64,000 nucleotides of DNA, taken from NCBI RefSeq assembly GCF_006345805.1, contig NC_043002.1:60760001-60824000 (forward strand), written 5' to 3'. Positions 12,745 to 26,051 of this stretch are shown here, piece by piece; within the stretch, counting starts at the first letter, position 1; each line of letters starts with the position of its first letter. This stretch comes from Octopus sinensis. Lineage: Eukaryota. The position numbers and the translations under genes were made by a program. The notes beneath the pieces are model-generated. The model saw only the letters and a program-made list of their open reading frames with translations. It ran no database searches and had not been told where the DNA came from.

Positions 12745-13180
12745 GCGGTATATCATTTGTACGATGTATACCGCCAACTTTGCCCAAACGACCTGAACAT
12801 TAGCTTCAAGGTTCATCCAAGACTGGAACCACGGGCCATACGTACCCTGCCTAATTCAGGATCACAGCATACATATACACTGCAACAAATTTCTTTTCCT
12901 CAACAGGCCCTGCCATATTTAACATTGTCCCGAAAGAGATCAAAGAGGAAAAGGATCCCATCAACTTTAAACGGAGTCTGGACAGATTCCTTCAAGGAAT
13001 ACCAGATAAGCCACCCATAATTGAATACAACTCACCCAACAAAAACTCACTACTTAAATGGACCATAAACAAAACATGACTTAAACAGGATTTAGATAAT
13101 CCTATCAGGAGGTGCTATTAAGTTAGACATGGCCTGGACCGATCTTTGGTCGAAACGTATCTAAGTTTATCTAAGTTTAT
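12745..13180 (+). mobile_element. CR1-group LINE 3' fragment
   Basis: Frameshifted translation ...TGPAIFNIVPKEIKEEKDPINFKRSLDRFLQGIPDKP resembles the ORF2 C-terminus of CR1-group LINEs. Followed by a 3' UTR stem-loop and a (CTAAGTTTAT)2 tail. Confidence 0.75.
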
Positions 13181-13734
13181 ATATATATATATATATATAA
13201 ATACTGCGTCTGACTAAAACTCAGAATTGTTTCACCTGCAGAATTGTAGTGAATTAACCTTTAAAACTTGAAATATTTCTCAAACGTATTTTAACTGAAC
13301 TAAAGTACACTAAAAGCCTAATCACTGCTTATTGCTGATGCTCCTGAATTGTTCCCGATCTGGCAGTCTAACATCTCAACTTGATCAATGTTTGTCGATT
13401 GTGTTTTAATCAGATTTGAGTCTGTGCAGATTTACCCCTCTTCGATATTCCCTATTGGTAACAGCTAAGAACTAGAAACTTTGCGGCAGAACTAGGAAGT
13501 TATGGTGCTTTCACACCTACCTTAACGGAGAATTCTTTCTCCATGGTAACTTCAATGTATTTGCCTTTAGATTTTGAAATATCTCACAAACATATTTTAG
13601 CTAACCTAAAGTTTGGACATGCCTAAACACAGGTTGGCGCTAACACCACTAAGTATATAGGTTTTTGACTCTGACGATACACCATATAGCTAAACCATTT
13701 ATGTCGATGATTTGTGTACTTCATTTAACATTGT

Positions 13735-13983
13735 CGTGGCACAATGAATAAGGTGCTGAACTCATGACCGTAAGATTGTGGTTTCGATTCCTGGACCGCG
13801 TAACGAGATGTGTTCTTGAGCAAAACGCTACATTTCATGTTGCTCCAGTCCACTCAGCTGGCAAAAGTGAGTAATCCTGCGACAGACCGGCGTCCCGTCC
13901 AGGCGAGGAATATATACGCCATGGAAACCGGGAAACCGGTTCTATGAATCTATAGGTCTCGAGAAGGATCTTTACTTTTTTTT
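13735..13983 (+). mobile_element. SINE family C
   Basis: GGTTTCGATTCC B-box; homologous to 7464-7615; CTTTACTTTT tail. Confidence 0.75.
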
Positions 13984-14102
13984 AATCTAAAGGATAATTC
14001 CGATCATTGATTATGATTTTTGTTGTGCAATATATCCCTCTAATATTATACAATTATTTCACTGTAATATAACAAGGCCGCATTCAAATGATGACTCTAT
14101 AT

Positions 14103-14422
14103 AGTAACGTGATTTGGGTATATTTCATCTTGATGTAATGCACTAATAATAGTGTGATATACAAATCGACGGAACGAAGTAGACATCAACTGTCTCCATT
14201 TGAGGGAGTCCTTGATACTCCACCAACAAACGTAACCAATCCAAAATAACTCTCAACGAACTATAGCAACTTCTCAACAATTTCCTGCGACTCCATGAAC
14301 TCACAAATGACACCTTTCAACTTCCTGCGCTTTGCCACCTCTCTGTCAGCCAAAAACGCTGCTACTTCTACGAATTCGGCTAGTCTGTTCTCACAGGAGG
14401 TGTCATGATTCTCGCTATAACA
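14103..14422 (-). repeat. 3' LTR
   Basis: Begins TGTTATAGCGAG on the minus strand immediately after the PPT; aligns by eye with 18317-18626. Confidence 0.85.
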
Positions 14423-14849
14423 TCTCCCCTTTTGAGATTTGACTTCTGTATGAAGTGCAACTTGTTTATCTAATTTTATTCTATTTTGTTTTTCATCATC
14501 GCCTCTCCCTTTCTTGAAATTTTAATTTCGTTAGATGTTTCAGTGCTTCTTGCGCTTAGGGACTATTTCTATTCGTTCTGTTTGTTTACGTTTTCTACTG
14601 CTGATCCGCCTACGTCCAACCTCTTTTGGCGTTGGAACATCGAACAATTCATTACAAACTTCCATCAGTATTTCGTCTCTTTCTTCGCTATGTCTCATCT
14701 TCAATTGGTTCAAATGTCATTTATGCTTTCCTATCTTATGTACATCATACTGCTTATTCTTTCCGTCACTATATCGTTCTCCCAACCTTGTCTTCAATTC
14801 TTATATATTTTGAAATAAACTTCCTCTCACACATTAAAATTCTTTGTTG

Positions 14850-17800
14850 TGTTTCATGGCCTTTCTCTCTCAGATGTTTTTTTGTAGGTAATAGTTCATC
14901 AAAGATTTATTTTATGCTCTTGGCAAACATTAACAATGCGGGCGACTTACCTGAACAGATGTTCGGGTTAGGTTTTACCCTGTAAACCCTTAAGAATTGA
15001 GTTAGTGCTGCATCATAGCTTAATTCATTTCCTGATGCTTTTTAGTGGTCGCTTAAATGTCTACGAAACTTTGTGTTTGCCCATTTGATTTCGGGTTGTA
15101 TGGTGGAGTAGAGATGTGATTGACTTCAAACCTCTCACAAATACTATAGTGTCCGAGACACCGTATCGCGCAAAAAATCGTGAAGGAACCTTAGTATTAC
15201 CATCGAGATTCGCTGACTGCATTTACATATCTCCGGACACTTGATACTGCTGTCTGCTAAGATCAGATAATATGTGCCGTTTACCGGTCCAGCAAAATCT
15301 ATATGAGGCTTGGACCAAGGACTGGCTGTCTTAAGCTACGACTGGAATTGCACTGGTGCTGTATGTAGGATTTCACCAATTGTTCATCTTCACGGCCCAT
15401 AGTAAACCAATACACGTAACACCCCATTACTGATTTCAATCTTGAAATCCTTGTATGTCCCATATGAAATTCACTTAATACACGCTTTTGTAGTGCGGCT
15501 GGCACTACAAATCTTTGAGCGTACATCAACACCTTATCGCATTGAGAAAAACGTTTCGCATTGGTGTTACGTGTATTTTAATTTTCTTTTACCTTCAACG
15601 TTTCTTCTATCTTTGGAATGAATTTGTCGTTCTCCGATTTCAAATTTTATATCTTGATCAGATACTGGCAACTCCCGAATGACGTTACTCAAAATGTCTT
15701 TCATTTCATTTCCGCTCGCAATGCGGCAATCACAGTATCTTCGAATAGTTCCGTATTTTCTGGAATTAAGTGTGATAAACAATACGCATGGCCTAACTTC
15801 TTGGATGGTATATACGCCATATTGAAGTCGTTATTCAACAATATCCTACCCCAGTGTTGTAACTATTTGCCGTATGGGTTAGGGTTAGCGTTAGGGTTAG
15901 GGTTAGAGTTAGGGTTAGTGACAAGATGTTGTCTCAGTTTTAGACGCAGCAAATGAGGCGATTGATTGTTTAAAATTCGAAAAATTAAACTACGTTAAAC
16001 TTACAAATTACACTTTTCTCAAGAAAGCCAAGAGAAAAAAATGTGTTATTTTGACACATTCTACCAGTATACGAAGTTTAAAAGTGTTTAGTTAAAAAGA
16101 AATTTTGTTGAAAACTGCCGTTCAAAAGGAAAAGATCCGAGTATAGTGCTATCAGAGAACGTGAGGCATTAACCATCAACTTCATATTACGGTCTTTATA
16201 TTTGTGTAACATTACTGCTCCTATGCTGTATTCAGAATTTTCAGAAGCTACAACAATCTTCGCTGCAAGATCGAAATGAACCAGCGACAAATCTGATGTT
16301 AATATTTTTTAATATCGTCAACCGCCTTTTGGCAATTATTTGACGAATTCCACTTCAAATCTTTTTTTAACAAATTATTCAGTGGAACTCTCAATTCATG
16401 CATATTTGGTATATAATTTTGATAATAATACTCTATACCTAGAAAAGCATGTAAGGTCGTTATATTAGTGGAAGGAGGCATATTTTTTTTCATTGCGTCT
16501 ACCTTCGATGGGTCCGGTCGTCGTCCATTCCTGTCGATAGAATGTCCTTAATACTTAATCTTAGGTAAGAAAAAATCACATTTTTCTCACTCGGTGTTAA
16601 ACCGTTATCTCTTATTTTTTGAAAATCACATTTTACATGCTTGACTTTTAACTAATACATCACCCAGGTATGGAATTGCGAATTCACATTCCGCTAACAC
16701 TGCATCCATAACCTATTGATAAATGACAGGTGCAACCTTTAGATCAAATGGTAATCTGCTATATTTATGTAGTCCTTTATACGTGTTCACTGTTAAGTAT
16801 TTTGGGCATACCTCGTAGGTACGCATTGGCGGGATGCAGTTTGGAAAATATCTAGCCCCCGTATAACTTCGGAAAAATATCCTCCCGTGTTTTCAGACAT
16901 TCATTGAAGCCACTGGAAAAATCAGCAGACATCCTGATTTGTTATTCTTTTTTATTTTGATATACACCGTTGGAGCTGCCCATTTTGCATATTCCACTTT
17001 AATGGATGAGTCCAGTTTTCCCTAATCTGTCTAAATTTTCATCGAGATGCTTTTTTGCAGCAAAAAGTACCGTTCTTTTTGGTTTGAACGTTGGTATTGG
17101 GTTTTCCTTAATTTGGAAACATGACTCAGTCTTAGTACACAAGCCTAAATCAACCAACACCACTATTTCTCCAATTCATCTGACGCCGTATTCTTACTGG
17201 AGGAATAATCATTTATATTTTTACAGAACAGATTTATGGAGAGGTCCCATAAATCAAACAACCCAATCCAGTCAGTACCGAACAAATTTGTTGCATTTTC
17301 TACAAAAACTTTTGCCTTACTGGTTTTACCACGAAATTTAATGTGGCTTATCATTTCCCCTAAGAAGTGTAACTTTTCACCTGTGAGGCCTCGCGCACTT
17401 TTCGATGTTTTATCTGATGTAGGCTTCCCACTTATACGTGTTGATATCAATACCAGTAATGTCGCTTCCCGTGTCTAGTTGTCGGTTCACATTTGTGTCG
17501 TTTATTTATGCATACGCGTACTGTCTTTTTGTTCAGAAATTTCTTTCTTCAGTTTTCATTACACCCGGTCTCAAGTTGATAATTCTTTAATATTGTTTTG
17601 CTACTGCCTGCAGGGTTAAATTCTGGTCCTTCTATTCTAGTTTTGTAAGAATCCGTGCACGCATTTCTGCATTTATGCCTACCATCATACGCTGCACAAA
17701 GATGAGGCATTTAAACATACCCCGAGATAATTCATTCAGTTTAAATTTTTCCCATATTTTATCTACGATTCTGGCATAACTGACAAAATCTACGTCCTCT

Positions 17801-18250
17801 TCTTTTAATAAATTTAAACAATCTCAGTGAGTATTAAACAGAGAACTCTTATCCCTGAACATTTTGGATAGCACTCCAATCTTACCTAAAAAAACAAATT
17901 CTAGTTGTTTTTTTAGGTAAGATAGAATTACAGTATTTTTCATGTTCTGAAGGAACTAGATTCTGAAACAGTAGTCTCACCTTTTCATCGTCTTCGTTAA
18001 AGATTTCTTCGTATCTTCTGAAAAACGCCGATAAAGTTATACCCGCTTCTGAGTTGTAATTAATTCAGTTGTGGCATTCGCTTCACCATCTGGCGAAAAC
18101 GAACTTGCGGTATTTCTTGACTTCAACATCAGTTCCAGCAACTGATTGTGTTGTAGTTGTTGCTGTTATACTAATTGGTGCAACTCCTGTAGCTGCTGTT
18201 GCTATTGCTTTTGCAACTGTAATATGTCATCTACTAGGTCTTCCATAATG
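14850..18250 (-). pseudogene. gag-pol remnants
   Basis: gag AFFRRYEEIF (~18020); protease QLDTGSD (~17470); RT APVIYQ..MDAVL..IPYLGD (~16660-16740); RNase H SEYSIGAVMLH..ASRSL; integrase VVPAALQKRVLSEFHMGH and HIDFAGP. Many stops and frameshifts. Confidence 0.9.
15876..16140. repeat. Short insertion beginning with (GGGTTA)~7 telomere-like repeats
   Basis: GGGTTAGGGTTAGCGTTAGGGTTAGGGTTAGAGTTAGGGTTAG at 15876-15918. The adjoining ~220 bp is not pol-like and interrupts the RNase H region. Confidence 0.7.
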
Positions 18251-18316
18251 AATGAAATTTTGTATCAAAAAATTGTTAATGTCTAACGTAAGCTTCAAAT
18301 CACTCGTCGTCACTTT

Positions 18317-18626
18317 TGTAACGAAATTTCTGTATATGTCACCTTAGTGTTGTGCACTAATAACACTGTAATATACAATACCACGGAACGGGGTAGACAC
18401 CAACTGCCTCCACATTATATGTTCCCTAATACTCTGCCAGCAAATGTAACCAATCCAAAACAACTCTCAACGAATTGTAATAACTTCTCAATAATTTCCG
18501 GCGACACCACGAACACCTCTCGGCTGCCTGCGATTTCTCATCTCTCTGTTAATCAAGTACGTTACTACTTCTACGAGTTCGGCTAGTCCATTCTCAAGGG
18601 GAGGGGTGATAATTCTCGCCACAACA
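18317..18626 (-). repeat. 5' LTR
   Basis: TG...CA termini (TGTAACG...ACAACA on the plus strand); PBS-like motif adjacent. Confidence 0.88.
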
Positions 18627-19977
18627 GTTTTATTTTACCGTTTGTTTACAATGGCATGTTTCCTTTACTTTTTAATTAAATAAAAAATGAAAGTAGGCAT
18701 GTTAATAATTATTTCGCAAGAACACATTCGATAGTAAAATCGCTAAGCACCAGAAAGATATGATTATATGCCGATCTGTCATTCATTCCTCCGAGATTCT
18801 ATCAGTTTAATACTGACGTTCTTTAAATTTACATCGTTGTATTATATTACCTCTTATCTTTTATTTGCTCCAGACACTTACCGGGACATTATCTTGATGG
18901 GGTGTTAGTGAAAGAAATCGACCCCCAATGCTTATTTTAAAGCCTGGGTCTTATTCTTGAAGTTTCATAATTACAAGAATCATGAATGCAGTGAGCTGAT
19001 AGAATCATAAAAACTTTATGTTCTGAGTTCTACTCCGGTCGAGCCCTTTAATCATCTCGTGATGATTAACATAAACTCCAAGTTCTAGAGTCGATGGTAT
19101 CATCTGACACCCCGGCCGCTAAATGAGAAACAAGCTTTATCTACTTCGTGCCATATTTCTAAAATTTTGAAGGCATGTTTCTGTGGTCAGGGGCCTCGTT
19201 TTGCAACTATTCCCACTACGCGTCACCAGAGTAAGTATATTCTACGATAGCCTTCACCCGGCTCAAACCCTTTGAGTGAATTTGGGGACCGGAAACTGTG
19301 TTCAAACCTATATTGTATGTGTGTGTCCGTATATGTGTGCTTATTTGGTATCCCATTCGGTCTCAAATAACCGATTTTTTGTTCCTTTATACAATATCTA
19401 CCAGAGTTTACGACAACTAATGAAGCCGACCTTTTCGCCTAACCTTTCAAGGCTGTGCCCCAGCATGAACGCAGTCCAGTGAATGAAACTAATAAAAAAG
19501 TAAAAGAGTAATAATTACAGACGACAGACTGATCGATATCTGAACACTGTAAAAAATATCAAAGAGATTTGTCAACCCTAAGTTCATGTTGCTTCTTTTT
19601 CATTTTATAATTTTTATATTCTTCTCACAATACACATAACAGGGAAGGTCTTCCTATGTTACCCCTTCTTTTCTTCGCTGCTCCGGAAAACATAACAGCG
19701 CTTCTGTATCCTGGTGTTCGACAAGTGTAGACTTCATTGAACTTTATGGCGTTTGTTTAGGAGCATTTAATCAAACAGCACTAATTGGATTAATTCACAT
19801 AGAATAATTCTTAACATTGTAATGTCGTTACACATTTAGAAAACTTTGATGTAATAATTACAAATACGTGCGGATGGGAGTGTGTGTAATGTGTGATTTT
19901 TGGGGTGTATACATATGTGGGTATGTGCGCGTATATACATATATGTAGGCAAATATATATATACATATATATGTACG

Positions 19978-20024
<47 letters not shown>

Positions 20025-20678
20025 TATGTATGAATGTATATATATATATATGATGTATGAATGTATATATATATATGTATATGTATAGATATGTATGTAT
20101 ATACAAGTATATGTATAGATAGATAGATATAGATTTATATATACATATATGTGTGTGCGTGTGTGTGTGTGCGCGCGTGTGTATTAAACGATCGTGATTT
20201 AACCGAAATAAAATTTTGAAAATGTAATGAAATCTAAAATTCAATCTAAACTGTACTGAATAATTCCTCAGTGTTATATAAATATGAATGTAATGTGCGT
20301 GAGTGTGCTAGAGTGCATGCATGTGTGTATGTGTGCGTGCGCGAGCGTACCGTATACTCGTATGTATGTATAAAGTACGATCATTCACATGAACGTGTTC
20401 TGACACATACCTGTCTGTATGTGTACATAACGGTAATAGATATTTATCATCTATATTAGGATAATGAATTAGAAGACACATCTATGTAATCGAGTGAAGG
20501 TGCACCTTAAAAATAATAGATTGTACAAATTTACGTGATGGATATTGATTTTTAAGTTTGGTAGCTATCTCTACATTTCCAGGAGAGCTATATATGTGTA
20601 AACTGTATGAGCTGTATACACTCACACACACATACTTTTACAGACATGTATATACATATATACACCTATATATGTATG

Positions 20679-20712
<34 letters not shown>

Positions 20713-20861
20713 GATATATATTACGGAGATGTACTTCCATAGCAAGTGACCTGATCTGAGATCGTATGCTGGAACGAAAATAGTTGCAGTGTGGAAGGTG
20801 TTTATAAGCCATTTAAGAAACACACAAAAACCGCTAGATTCACTTCAACATTTAAATTTAA

Positions 20862-20912
20862 TTTGTCAAAATATTTTCGTCGCTTTGAGACCGCGAGCTG
20901 TTCACTGAAAAA
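20862..20912 (-). ncRNA. Hammerhead-like motif with G3:C8 swapped core
   Basis: Minus strand: tttttca-GTGAACA-g(c)tcgc(ggtctcaaa)gcgac-GAAA-atat-TT-tgacaaa. Confidence 0.55.
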
Positions 20913-21764
20913 GCACGGAATTTTGTCTATCACTAATGGCACCAAAAATATATGTTCCATACTATAAAATAATTTCGCCATATTCTTTCAAAGTATGACT
21001 TTTTCGGTGACAGAAATGTTAGCCAACAAAACAAGGACAGGGGTGAACCAGGGAGTCTATACTCGTTCTTGCTGCTATGATTATTAACCAAGTCGCCGTC
21101 AATCCAGAACATACCGTATTCAAAATGGCAAGAAACATTCGATAATGCGTTTCTACTGGAACTGTGTCTCAATATAAGACACGAGAGTCACGGTAGAATA
21201 GCCTTTGATCGTAAGTGCGCTGGCTTAGGGAAGACCCATGCAAAATAACAGACCGAACATAAGATTGGTGGAGTTCGAGGTCAGATCGCCACCTAAATAA
21301 CGTAAATTATTTGATCTCTTTCTCTACCATTCCAATCTACTGCGCTGTTCAAATTTATGCAAATGGATTTCTAATTTTCCTAATAATTATAGATATTACG
21401 AGAAAGGTATGTAGTCTGTTTATTCGAGTGAATGGATTACTTGTAATGACTGTATTGACACTTAGAGAATGAGAGACAAAATTGACGTCAGAAGTAAATT
21501 TGTTTAAAATGTAAAGGGGATAAGTAAATGCAACGTGTTATTTGTATCACCAGTCTATCATTTCAGTCTATCCATCACACAGAATGAAAATTGAATGACT
21601 CGCAATTGTGTTTGTTTGCTTTAAGATTCCATTTTAATGTTTTAGGTTTCGTTTTTGTTTTTGTTCACGACGAAACTAGAGTGAATGTTTCAAAGTAATA
21701 TTGAAGTCGTTGAAGTGGAATATAGTAACTTTGATGGTGTTAACTGAATTTATCTAACATTTAT

Positions 21765-22080
21765 TTACACCCGTCGTTCCCTATGCGGCGTAGGTCACCG
21801 AAAACGTTTCTCCTCTGTTCCGAAATTGAATTTTCTTTTCTGCTTCTCTGCAGTTGAATCCCTGCCTTTCTCAGCCTGATACACTATCCTTCCTCCGGTT
21901 ATCTTATAGAATGTTCTCTCTTCCAAATTCCTCAAGGGTTCCAGTTCAGGGTATGACGCGTAATGCAAGATGTTGGTTCCTTTCAAATATTGCTGCACCG
22001 CGTCATACGTTGTCCTTTAAGGGAATGTCTTATCCTAGCAGGTCTTGTTCCTTTTGAATTTTCATCGATGCTCCTGAAAC
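21765..22080 (-). mobile_element. Old RTE-type LINE 3' fragment
   Basis: Minus-strand ITRHTLNWNP*GIWKR resembles the RTE C-terminal 'ALxWNPQGKRxRGRP' motif; heavily decayed. Confidence 0.55.
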
Positions 22081-22634
22081 TTTGTTTTTATTCTAGTTAG
22101 CTGTTTTGTCCCTACGCACACTCATAATTACCCCTGGGAAGGTGTGGTAAATATTATTCTGGACCCTCTATAAGGCGGCAAGCTTTCGGGATCGTTAGCA
22201 CACCGGACAAACTGCTTAGCAGCATTTCGTCTGTCTTTACAGGCTAAGTTCAAATTCCACCGATGACGACTTTACCTGTCAACCTTTCGAAGCCGATAAA
22301 ATAAGTACCAGTTGAACACTGGTGTCGACTTAATCGATTGACATTCTCCCCAAACTTGCTAGTTTTGTTGTTAAATTTGAAATCAGTACTAGTCTGGCCT
22401 CTAACTGTTTGGGCTTGTGCTCCTCTAGCATAACTCTGAAGGTCACTGAAGCACAAACGCCATTTCCCTGCAACAGGGACTGGATCATGTAGTAGCATTA
22501 ACTCTGTAAGGTACTTAATTTGATATGAAACAAAAGATACAGTTAACGAAATGAGAACATATTTTATAAAAAAAAAACTCATCGTAGATTTAAGTGGAGC
22601 CGATTATTTTGTAAGCAAAGCAGAGAACAATATT

Positions 22635-23215
22635 CTTTTCTACTCTAGGCACAAGGCCCAAAATTTTGGGGGAAGGGGACAGTCGATTAGATCGACCTCA
22701 ATACGCAAGTGGTACTTAATTTATCGAACCCAAAATAATGAAAGTCAAAGTCAACCTCGGCGGAATTTGGACTCAGTGCGTCAGGACAGACAAAATATCT
22801 ATTTCTTTACTACCCACAAGGAGATAAACACAGAGGACAAACAAGGACAGACAAACAGATTAAGTCGATTATATCGACCCCAGTGTGTAACTGGTACTTA
22901 ATTTATCGACCCCGAAAGGATGAAAGGCAAAGTCGACCTCGGCGGAATTTGAACTCAGAATGTAACGACAGACGAAATACTTATTTCTTTACTACCCACA
23001 AGGGGCTAAAGATAGAGAGGACAAACAAGGACCGATAAACGGATTAAGTCGATTATATCGACTCCAATGCGTAACTGGTACTTATCTAATAGACCGCGAA
23101 AGGATGAAAGGTAAAGTCGACCTCGGCGGAATTTGAACTCAGAACATAACGGCAGACGAAATACGGCTACGCATTTCGCCCGGGTGTGCTAACGTTTCTG
23201 CCAGCTCGCCGCCTT
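22635..23215 (-). mobile_element. SINE family B trimer with target-site duplication
   Basis: One head at 23215 and three ~183-bp bodies. Flanked by AAAGCAGAGAACAATATT (22617-22634) and AAAGCAGAAAATAATATT (23216-23233). Confidence 0.88.
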
Positions 23216-23867
23216 AAAGCAGAAAATAATATTGATGAAAGATAACAATTCTTCTAACTTATTTGAACATAGGGAAAATCGAGGAAATACGTTTCTGATT
23301 TATTTTGACCTCATCAACAAAGCATGTTTTTTAGTGTATTTTCTGAAGTAGCAGTGAAAGAATCACTAAAGTAATCTGCAAAATTGTACACTTGATATGA
23401 TAAGAAAATAGAATCATGCTTCCCAGAATGAATATTTCTGGCACGAAATCGGCTTGACAAGTAAGTATTAAAGTAACGTTAACATATTTAATGCAAAGAG
23501 CGTTAGTATTTCGTGGGCAAATTATTGTAGTCTATTCTACGTTTACTTAATGTTCTTTCCACTATTACTTAAGAAATTATGGCGAAAGATGTGTTTCGTT
23601 GATGCATTAAATATACTAACACTAACTTTTCTATTGTTTTTTTATGCTAAGAGCATCACTAAATTATTCAACTTATCGTTTCGGCTGATCTAAAACCCTG
23701 AATGAGTTTCAGATTTGCTTGTTTGCTAAAAGGTTATATTTTCATTTTTTTACCCAAGTATAGAATCACAGATTTTATTTTAGTGTTGTGTTAAGGCACG
23801 ACATTGTAATATCAGATCTCATATTAGTAATTACGAGCTTTCTTTTCCTTTATTATTTTACTACGGT

Positions 23868-24535
23868 AAGGCGGCGAGATGGCAGAAACGTTAGCACACC
23901 GGGCGAAATGCGTAGCCGTATTCCGTCTGCCGTTACGTTCTGAGTTCAAATTCCGCCGAGGTTGACTTTGCCTTTCATCCTTTCGGGGTCGATAAATTAT
24001 GTACCAGTTACGCACTGGGGTCGATGTAATTGACTTCATCCGTTTGTCTGTTCTTATTTGTCCCCGCTGTGTGTGGCCCCTTGTGAGCAGTAAAGAAATA
24101 AGAAACATTAGTACACCAGCCGAAATGCTTTGTGGTATTTCGTCTGTCTTGACGTTCTGAGTTCAAATTCCGCCGAGGTCGACTTTACCCTTCATCTTTT
24201 CGGAGTCGATAAATTAAGTACCAGTTGCATACTGGGGTCGATCTAATCGACAGGCTTCCTCCCGCAAAATTTCGGGCCTTCTGTCTAGAGTAGAAAAGAA
24301 TATTAAGGGCGATGAGCTGGCGGAATCGTTAGCACGTTGGGCGAAATGCTTAGATGTATTTTGTCTACCGTTACGTTCTGAGTTCAAATTCCGCCGAGTT
24401 CGTGTTTGCCTTTCATGCCTTCGGGGTCGATTAAATAAGTACCAGTTAAACACTGGTAATCGACTTATTTCCTTTATCTCTCCTCCTTTTCCCCCTCTAT
24501 GTTTAGCCTCCCCCCGTGGGCAATAAAGAAATAAA
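23868..24535 (+). mobile_element. SINE family B cluster (dimer plus monomer)
   Basis: Heads at 23868 and ~24305; three TTCTGAGTTCAAATTCCGCCGAG bodies. Confidence 0.85.
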
Positions 24536-25946
24536 AGATATTATTTTGACTACGGTATACAACTTACATGGGTAGATTTAGCAAGTAGCTATTCTTTTTT
24601 AAACTACCAGAATAAATTCTTACATGTATACATACATAAAATACTTACGTATTACATATAAACATACACACATTGATAAAGACATGCATACATGTATTCA
24701 TACATAGTAACATAGTAGCATGCTTACATACATACATGCATGCATACATATATGCATACATACATGCCCAAAGAAACTTGCACCTTTTCTACTCACTGAA
24801 ATTACCAATTCACATTTATCTTTAGAACCTTCAACGTACATGTTTATAATACTAAATAAGTATTAATCTAGAAACGCCACTGTTTTCATGCTAACAATGA
24901 AACCCGTCATTATGCATTCCATACATTCTATCCATAAACGGAACAGTGAAAAAGAGAAAGAAAGCTTTTCTAAACTCCAATGCAGAAACATTTCTTGTTA
25001 TTGTTATCTTGTTCCAGTGATATTCTCTCACCATTTCAGCTGATCGCCTCCTCTCCATCAATACTGCACACAATTCAAGACTGCTTGTCATTCATGATGT
25101 TATATGCTTTTCTTTTTTTCATTTTATTTTTCGCTAGTTAGAAACCCTGTGTACTTTAGAGTAATACCAAGACCCATTATCGTGATGATCATCATTTTCT
25201 CTATTCATGTGTGGCTTGAACTTGCTTCAAACAAATATGGTAACCAAGTAGTATAATCGCTTTGGTAGTAATTTACGTTTTATAGAGTTACGTGTTTTAT
25301 GCAATAACTTGTACTTTATTCCATCGAATGTATGTTATACGCGTAACTTTTTGTTAAATATTTCCGAGGAAACTGCCATTCATTTCCTCAGCTAGCTAGA
25401 AATAGCAAAGAAATCACTCCTAAGCGAGAAAGAAGGAGGGTATATGAGCTTTCGCTCCGAATAAAAGATGCCTTAAACATATCGAAAAATATTCGAAAGT
25501 TTTAATCCAATATTTTCTGGATCGTGATTGAGCACCGTGCGGATTGAACTCCAAAATTTCAGCAGTAACTTATATTGATGCAAATTACAGTATCATAATG
25601 TGATCCTATTAAGCTTTGTATTCAACTTAATGAATTAACTGATGGGGTTACAGACCACATTTTAACGCGTGTGTACAAGTTTGACTGCCTTACAGCTTAA
25701 AATCAAATCTCGCCCGATTCAACAATTTGTATGGAGATATCTATTATCCTGATGATTCTAAGATACCAACTAGTAATAGAATAGCCATCGATCTCTTTCA
25801 ATATAAATTTCTTCATAAAAGTTAGCATTTTTTTCTTCTATTCTAACCGCAGAAAACTAAACATATTATTATCTCAAAATATTCGCGACCGATTTATGAA
25901 ATAAATGTGGTTTCACTTTTCATCTGAGGACAATAAATATAAAATG

Positions 25947-26051
25947 GGCCGCTAACGGCGCTAATTAACGTGAACGTTTGCCGCAAACGAAGCTAATTAA
26001 TATAAACGCTGGCCGCTAACGAAGCTAATTAACATAATCGCTTGCCGCTTA
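25947..26051. repeat. 32-bp minisatellite, ~3.3 copies
   Basis: Units GGCCGCTAACGGCGCTAATTAACGTGAACGTT / TGCCGCAAACGAAGCTAATTAATATAAACGCT / GGCCGCTAACGAAGCTAATTAACATAATCGCT. Confidence 0.9.

Larger units (their letters stand above)
14103..18626 (-). mobile_element. Decayed Ty3/Gypsy LTR retrotransposon (Mag-like)
   Basis: Homologous LTRs at 14103-14422 and 18317-18626. PPT AAAAGGGGAGA abuts the 3' LTR and a PBS-like GTGACGACGAG abuts the 5' LTR. Domain order gag-PR-RT-RH-IN. Confidence 0.92.

Noticed and set aside
13120-13168. HHR-like layout at the CR1-group LINE 3' end (ttaga...gacc/ggtc-GAAA-cg-TA-tctaa)
   Set aside because: There is no CUGANGA-like strand (it reads CATGGCCTG); an ordinary LINE 3' stem-loop explains it.
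22551-22901. Recurrent 'RNWYLIYRPRKDERQSRPRRNLNSER' peptides in several ORFs
   Set aside because: They are antisense translations of SINE family B, not a protein family.
25947-26051. CRISPR-like 32-bp repeats
   Set aside because: They are head-to-tail with no spacers, no cas genes and a eukaryotic context.
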